Assembly: GCF_047782795.1 (NCBI RefSeq)
Contig: NZ_CP180632.1
Source of the DNA: Escherichia coli
Lineage (GTDB): Bacteria; Pseudomonadota; Gammaproteobacteria; Enterobacterales; Enterobacteriaceae
Direction: 5' to 3' (one strand)
Length of the DNA: 32,000 nt
The translations under genes were made by a program, and so were the position numbers. Under the pieces are notes generated by a model that worked only from the letters and a program-made list of their open reading frames with translations, did no database searches and had not been told where the DNA came from. This document shows, piece by piece, positions 26,585 to 32,000 of this stretch. Positions within the stretch are counted from its first letter, which is position 1, and each line of letters begins with the position of its first letter.

Positions 26585-26944
26585 ATGGTATCCGCACTCA
26601 TCACCGTCGCCGTTATCGCCTGGTGTGCGCAACTGGCCTTAGGCGGCTGGCAAATTTCTCGTTTTAACCGTGCCTTCGACACACTATGCCAGCAAGGTCG
26701 GGTTGGCGTGGGCCGTTCCAGCGGGCGCTTTAAACCGCGGGTCGTGGTCGCCATCGCGCTGGACGATCAGCAGCGTATCGTCGATACCTTGTTTATGAAA
26801 GGACTGACCGTCTTCGCACGACCGCAAAAAATTCCCGCAATTACCGGCATGCATGCGGGTGATTTACAGCCCGATGTGATCTTTCCCCATGATCCACTAT
26901 CACAGAATGCTCTATCATTGGCGCTTAAACTGAAACGTGGATAA
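26585..26944 (+). CDS. gutM: Glucitol operon activator
   Basis: 119-aa ORF MVSALITVAVIAWCAQLALGGWQISRFNRAFD.... K-12 synteny. Confidence 0.93.
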   Translation: MVSALITVAVIAWCAQLALGGWQISRFNRAFDTLCQQGRVGVGRSSGRFKPRVVVAIALDDQQRIVDTLFMKGLTVFARPQKIPAITGMHAGDLQPDVIFPHDPLSQNALSLALKLKRG

Positions 26945-27010
26945 TTTCGTTGTGAATGTTACTTGCTTGCGAAGTTATCATTTTGAAACCTAAATCAGGT
27001 AATCACGCCC

Positions 27011-27784
27011 ATGAAACCTCGTCAGCGTCAGGCCGCCATTCTGGAGTATCTGCAAAAGCAGGGTAAATGCTCGGTTGAAGAATTGGCGCAATACTTTGAC
27101 ACCACAGGCACAACCATTCGCAAAGATCTGGTCATTCTGGAACATGCCGGAACCGTCATTCGTACTTATGGCGGAGTGGTGTTGAATAAAGAGGAATCCG
27201 ATCCGCCTATCGATCATAAAACACTCATCAACACCCACAAGAAAGAGCTGATTGCAGAAGCTGCCGTTAGTTTTATCCATGATGGCGATTCGATCATTCT
27301 TGATGCTGGCAGTACCGTTTTGCAGATGGTTCCCCTGCTCTCGCGCTTTAATAACATCACGGTGATGACCAACAGCCTGCATATCGTCAATGCGCTATCC
27401 GAACTGGATAACGAACAAACTATCCTGATGCCAGGCGGAACGTTTCGTAAAAAATCGGCCTCATTTCACGGGCAGCTGGCAGAGAATGCCTTCGAGCATT
27501 TCACCTTCGATAAATTGTTTATGGGCACCGACGGCATCGATCTCAATGCGGGCGTAACCACGTTCAACGAGGTTTATACCGTCAGTAAGGCAATGTGCAA
27601 TGCCGCGCGCGAAGTGATTTTGATGGCGGACTCATCAAAGTTTGGCCGTAAAAGCCCCAACGTAGTTTGCAGTCTTGAAAGCGTCGATAAGCTGATTACC
27701 GACGCAGGTATCGATCCGGCGTTTCGTCAGGCGCTGGAAGAGAAAGGGATCGATGTGATCATAACCGGAGAGAGCAATGAGTGA
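27011..27784 (+). CDS. srlR: Glucitol operon repressor (DeoR family)
   Basis: 257-aa ORF with an N-terminal DeoR HTH ([35 protein letters not shown]). Confidence 0.95.
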
Positions 27785-28742
27785 AGCACTACTGAACGCG
27801 GGACGTCAGACGTTAATGCTGGAGTTGCAGGAAGCAAGCCGATTACCGGAACGTCTGGGCGATGACTTTGTTCGCGCCGCCAATATCATCCTGCACTGCG
27901 AAGGCAAAGTGGTGGTTTCGGGAATTGGCAAATCGGGCCACATTGGTAAGAAAATCGCCGCAACACTTGCCAGTACCGGCACACCGGCTTTTTTTGTCCA
28001 TCCGGCAGAGGCACTGCACGGCGATCTGGGGATGATTGAAAGCCGCGATGTGATGCTGTTTATCTCTTACTCCGGTGGCGCGAAGGAACTGGATCTGATT
28101 ATTCCGCGTCTGGAAGATAAATCTAACGCGCTGCTGGCGATGACCGGCAAACCGACGTCACCGCTGGGCCTGGCGGCAAAAGCGGTGCTTGATATCTCCG
28201 TAGAACGCGAAGCCTGCCCGATGCACCTTGCGCCGACCTCCAGCACCGTCAATACCCTGATGATGGGTGACGCGCTGGCGATGGCGGTCATGCAGGCGCG
28301 CGGATTTAATGAAGAAGATTTTGCCCGCTCCCACCCAGCCGGGGCACTGGGCGCTCGCTTGCTGAATAAAGTGCATCATCTGATGCGCCGTGACGATGCC
28401 ATCCCACAGGTGGCGTTAACCGCCAGCGTGATGGATGCGATGCTGGAACTCAGCCGCACCGGTCTGGGGCTGGTGGCGGTATGTGACGCTCAACAACAGG
28501 TACAAGGCGTCTTTACCGACGGCGATTTACGTCGCTGGCTGGTTGGCGGCGGCGCACTCACCACGCCAGTTAATGAAGCGATGACGGTCGGCGGCACCAC
28601 GTTGCAATCGCAAAGTCGCGCCATCGACGCCAAAGAGATCCTGATGAAGCGCAAAATCACTGCCGCACCGGTGGTAGATGAAAACGGCAAACTCACCGGC
28701 GCAATTAACCTGCAGGATTTCTATCAGGCCGGGATTATTTAA
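27777..28742 (+). CDS. gutQ: D-arabinose 5-phosphate isomerase (SIS plus 2x CBS domains)
   Basis: 321-aa ORF with SIS motif [15 protein letters not shown]; overlaps the srlR stop. Confidence 0.95.
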
Positions 28743-30253
28743 TCCTTCATTCCCAGACGTTTCGCCAGCCGATGCAGGTTGGCGACGTCGGTTTCCAGCA
28801 TCCGCGCGCAGGCAGCCCAGTTGTGATGATTTTGTGCCAGCGCCTGACGAATAGTTTCACGCTGGAACGCTTCTGTCGCTTCACGCAGGTTTTGCTTAAC
28901 AACGGGCACCGCCGCCGCTTCTGGCGGCGGCAACGTCACCTCAGGAAAAGCAAAATGTTGCGCCTCAAGAATCACTTCATCGCCGTTGCGGGTGGCTCTC
29001 GACAGCACTACCGCCCGATGAATAGCATGTTCCAGTTCGCGCACGTTCCCCGGAAAACGATAGTGTTGCAGTAAATTTCGCGCTCCGGCACTTAATACCA
29101 CGCGGGAGAGCCCCAGCCGCAAACGACACTGCTCGCAGAAATACCCCGCCAGCAGAATGACATCATCGCCCCGCTCACGCAGCGGCGGCACCGAAAGTGG
29201 AAACACGCTCAGGCGATGAAACAAGTCAGCGCGAAATCGCCCTGCCAGCACCTCTTCGCGTAAGTCGCGGTTAGTCGCCGCCAGCACGCGCACATCGACC
29301 CGCAAACTGCGGTCATCGCCAACGCGCTGAATATCGCCATACTGCAACACCCTCAGCAGCTTGGCCTGCAATGCCAACGACAACTCGCCGATCTCATCCA
29401 GAAACAGAGTGCCGTTATCCGCCATTTCAAACTTCCCGCTGCGGTTACTGATAGCGCCAGTAAACGCTCCTTTCACATGCCCGAACAGTTCACTTTCCGC
29501 CACACTTTCCGGCAGTGCGGCACAGTTGAGATAGACCAGCGGATTCACCGCCCGTGGCGAGGCTTCATGAATCGCTTTCGCCACCAGCTCCTTACCGGTT
29601 CCCGTCTCACCGCTGATCAGGACGTTGAGATCGGACGCCGCCACAATCTCAATCTCTTTTTTCAGTTGCGTCATGCCAGGGGACAAGCCAATCATCTGCG
29701 TCTGTTTCACCGCTTCAAACGGCGTGGCATCGCCTGGCATCATATTCTGGCTTTCCAGTTGTTCAATCAGCAACGCATTGCTTAACGCTCCCGCCGCCAG
29801 CGCAGCAATCAGCCGTAGCTCTTCGTCGCTGAAAACATCGAACTGATCGGGCTGCATCCCGTCGAGCGTCAGTGCGCCGATCAGGTTTTGCCCGGCAAAC
29901 AATGGCAGACCAACGCAGGCGTGAACCTTCAGACTCTCCTGCCCAGGAATCAAACCGTCATAGGGATCGGGCAATTCGCTGTCTGCGGGAAAGCGCACCA
30001 CATCCCCGGCGCGGGCAATCGCTTCCAGCCGTGGATGCCCTTCCAGCGCAAAGCGTCTACCGAGTACATCCTTTGCCAGACCGTCGATGGCAAGCGGAAT
30101 AAACTGCCGCGAATCGTAACGTAGCAACGCAGACGCATCGCACTCCAGCACCTGACGTAGCGTGGTGATCAGGCGCTGAAAACGATCCTGATGACCAATC
30201 CCACGCTGCAATTCGATGGCGATATTCGCCAGCACATCAACGGAAAAACTCAT
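28739..30253 (-). CDS. norR: NO-responsive sigma54-dependent transcriptional activator
   Basis: 504 aa from the ATG at 30253 ([18 protein letters not shown]...). It has GAF, AAA+ ([14 protein letters not shown]) and HTH parts. The ORF-track 25-aa N-terminal extension is unlikely to be translated. Confidence 0.95.
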   Translation of the reverse strand: MSFSVDVLANIAIELQRGIGHQDRFQRLITTLRQVLECDASALLRYDSRQFIPLAIDGLAKDVLGRRFALEGHPRLEAIARAGDVVRFPADSELPDPYDGLIPGQESLKVHACVGLPLFAGQNLIGALTLDGMQPDQFDVFSDEELRLIAALAAGALSNALLIEQLESQNMMPGDATPFEAVKQTQMIGLSPGMTQLKKEIEIVAASDLNVLISGETGTGKELVAKAIHEASPRAVNPLVYLNCAALPESVAESELFGHVKGAFTGAISNRSGKFEMADNGTLFLDEIGELSLALQAKLLRVLQYGDIQRVGDDRSLRVDVRVLAATNRDLREEVLAGRFRADLFHRLSVFPLSVPPLRERGDDVILLAGYFCEQCRLRLGLSRVVLSAGARNLLQHYRFPGNVRELEHAIHRAVVLSRATRNGDEVILEAQHFAFPEVTLPPPEAAAVPVVKQNLREATEAFQRETIRQALAQNHHNWAACARMLETDVANLHRLAKRLGMKD

Positions 30254-30265
30254 CTTTGCCTCACT

Positions 30266-30321
30266 GTCAATTTGACTATAGATATTGTCATATCGACCAT
30301 TTGATTGATAGTCATTTTGAC
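30266..30321. promoter_or_regulatory. Three NorR binding sites (GT-N7-AC)
   Basis: gtcaatttgac (30266-30276), gtcatatcgac (30287-30297) and gtcattttgac (30311-30321), in the norR-norV intergenic region. Confidence 0.85.
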
Positions 30322-30376
30322 TACTCATTAATGAGCATACTTTTATTTATATAGTAAAAACAATCAGATAAAAAAC

Positions 30377-30392
30377 TGGCACGCAATCTGCA
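30377..30392 (+). promoter_or_regulatory. Sigma54 (-24/-12) promoter of norVW
   Basis: TGGCACgcaatCTGCA matches TGGCAC-N5-TTGCA, about 50 nt upstream of the norV ATG. Confidence 0.85.
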
Positions 30393-30439
30393 ATTAGCAA
30401 GACATCTTTTTAGAACACGCTGAATAAATTGAGGTTGCT

Positions 30440-31879
30440 ATGTCTATTGTGGTGAAAAATAACATTCATTGGGTTGGTCAACGTGACTGGGAAGTGCGTG
30501 ATTTTCACGGCACGGAATATAAAACGCTGCGCGGCAGCAGTTACAACAGCTACCTCATCCGCGAAGAAAAAAACGTGCTGATCGACACCGTCGACCATAA
30601 ATTCAGCCGCGAATTTGTGCAGAACCTGCGTAATGAAATCGATCTGGCGGATATCGATTACATCGTGATTAACCATGCAGAAGAGGACCACGCTGGGGCG
30701 CTGACCGAACTGATGGCGCAAATTCCCGATACGCCGATCTACTGTACTGCCAACGCTATCGACTCGATAAATGGTCATCACCATCATCCGGAGTGGAATT
30801 TTAATGTGGTGAAAACTGGCGACACGCTGGATATCGGCAACGGCAAACAGCTCATTTTTGTCGAAACACCAATGCTGCACTGGCCGGACAGCATGATGAC
30901 TTACCTGACAGGCGACGCGGTGCTGTTCAGTAACGATGCTTTCGGTCAGCACTACTGCGACGAGCATCTGTTCAACGATGAAGTGGATCAGACGGAGCTT
31001 TTCGAGCAGTGCCAGCGTTACTACGCCAATATCCTGACGCCGTTCAGCCGCCTGGTAACGCCGAAAATTACCGAGATCCTGGGCTTTAACTTACCAGTCG
31101 ATATGATAGCGACCTCCCACGGCGTGGTCTGGCGCGATAACCCGACGCAAATTGTCGAGCTGTACCTGAAGTGGGCCGCTGATTATCAGGAAGACAGAAT
31201 CACCATTTTCTACGACACCATGTCGAATAACACCCGCATGATGGCTGACGCTATCGCCCAGGGAATTGCGGAAACCGACCCACGCGTGGCGGTGAAAATT
31301 TTCAACGTCGCCCGAAGCGATAAAAACGAAATCCTGACCAATGTCTTCCGCTCAAAAGGCGTGCTGGTCGGCACTTCGACGATGAATAACGTGATGATGC
31401 CGAAAATCGCCGGGCTGGTGGAGGAGATGACTGGTTTACGCTTCCGTAACAAACGCGCCAGTGCTTTCGGCTCTCACGGCTGGAGCGGCGGTGCGGTGGA
31501 TCGTCTTTCCACGCGCCTGCAGGATGCGGGTTTCGAAATGTCGCTTAGCCTGAAAGCCAAATGGCGACCAGACCAGGACGCTCTGGAGTTATGTCGTGAA
31601 CACGGTCGCGAAATCGCCCGTCAGTGGGCGCTCGCGCCGCTGCCGCAGAGCACGGTGAATACGGTGGTTAAAGAAGAAACCTCTGCCACCACGACGGCTG
31701 ACCTCGGCCCACGGATGCAGTGCAGCGTCTGCCAGTGGATTTACGATCCGGCAAAAGGCGAGCCAATGCAGGACGTTGCGCCAGGAACGCCGTGGAGTGA
31801 AGTCCCGGATAACTTCCTCTGCCCGGAATGCTCCCTCGGCAAAGACGTCTTTGAAGAACTGGCATCGGAGGCAAAATGA
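30440..31879 (+). CDS. norV: Anaerobic nitric oxide reductase flavorubredoxin
   Basis: 479-aa ORF with metallo-beta-lactamase-like (HAEEDH), flavodoxin-like and C-terminal rubredoxin (CSVCQW...CPEC) parts. Confidence 0.96.
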   Translation: MSIVVKNNIHWVGQRDWEVRDFHGTEYKTLRGSSYNSYLIREEKNVLIDTVDHKFSREFVQNLRNEIDLADIDYIVINHAEEDHAGALTELMAQIPDTPIYCTANAIDSINGHHHHPEWNFNVVKTGDTLDIGNGKQLIFVETPMLHWPDSMMTYLTGDAVLFSNDAFGQHYCDEHLFNDEVDQTELFEQCQRYYANILTPFSRLVTPKITEILGFNLPVDMIATSHGVVWRDNPTQIVELYLKWAADYQEDRITIFYDTMSNNTRMMADAIAQGIAETDPRVAVKIFNVARSDKNEILTNVFRSKGVLVGTSTMNNVMMPKIAGLVEEMTGLRFRNKRASAFGSHGWSGGAVDRLSTRLQDAGFEMSLSLKAKWRPDQDALELCREHGREIARQWALAPLPQSTVNTVVKEETSATTTADLGPRMQCSVCQWIYDPAKGEPMQDVAPGTPWSEVPDNFLCPECSLGKDVFEELASEAK

Positions 31880-32000
31880 GTAACGGCATTGTGATCATCG
31901 GTTCGGGCTTCGCCGCCCGCCAACTGGTGAAAAATATTCGCAAACAGGACGCCACTATTCCATTAACCCTGATTGCCGCCGACAGCATGGATGAGTACAA
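31876..32000 (+). CDS. norW: NADH:flavorubredoxin reductase, N-terminal fragment (runs off the window)
   Basis: ATG at 31876 overlaps the norV TGA (ATGA). [25 protein letters not shown] carries the Rossmann GSGFAA motif. Confidence 0.9.
   Translation, partial: MSNGIVIIGSGFAARQLVKNIRKQDATIPLTLIAADSMDEY

Noticed and set aside
30410-30967. 185-aa ORF antisense to the norV 5' region
   Set aside because: It is a shadow ORF of norV and overlaps the well-defined sigma54 promoter and norV start.

Overview
E. coli/Shigella-type chromosomal segment with K-12-like synteny: emrB' - luxS - micA - gshA - yqaA - yqaB - argQ/Z/Y/V + serV tRNA array - csrA - alaS - recX - recA - pncC - mltB - srlA - srlE - srlB // srlD - gutM - srlR - gutQ - norR - norV - norW'. 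The core genes look ordinary. The exception is an insertion of about 11.56 kb (14126..25690) exactly at the srlB stop / srlD ribosome-binding site. It is an Ff-like filamentous (inovirus) prophage with all structural genes on the minus strand, in the order rep(gII-like) - gV - gVII - gIX - gVIII - gIII - gVI - gI(Zot) - [TraX-like membrane protein] - [GC-rich 340-bp tandem non-coding repeats] - gIV(secretin). The most interesting part is its right arm. An IS110-family (DEDD plus C-terminal Ser) recombinase sits in the phage operon just upstream of rep. Its 188-nt structured 5' leader abuts the chromosomal junction. The whole 11.56-kb element is flanked by a duplicated CT dinucleotide on the recombinase strand. 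I therefore propose, as inference, that the phage replicative form integrates through an IS110/bridge-RNA-type recombinase rather than XerCD/dif or a tyrosine integrase. Other notable points are a perfect 92-bp tandem duplication that frameshifts the rolling-circle rep gene, a possible pilin-acetylase (TraX-like) gene inside a filamentous phage, ColE1-pas-like tandem repeats that may be the minus-strand origin, and a small opposite-strand module encoding a TolA-domain-II-like Ala/Glu/Lys-rich protein. All homology statements rest on my own recognition of sequences and motifs; no database search was run.
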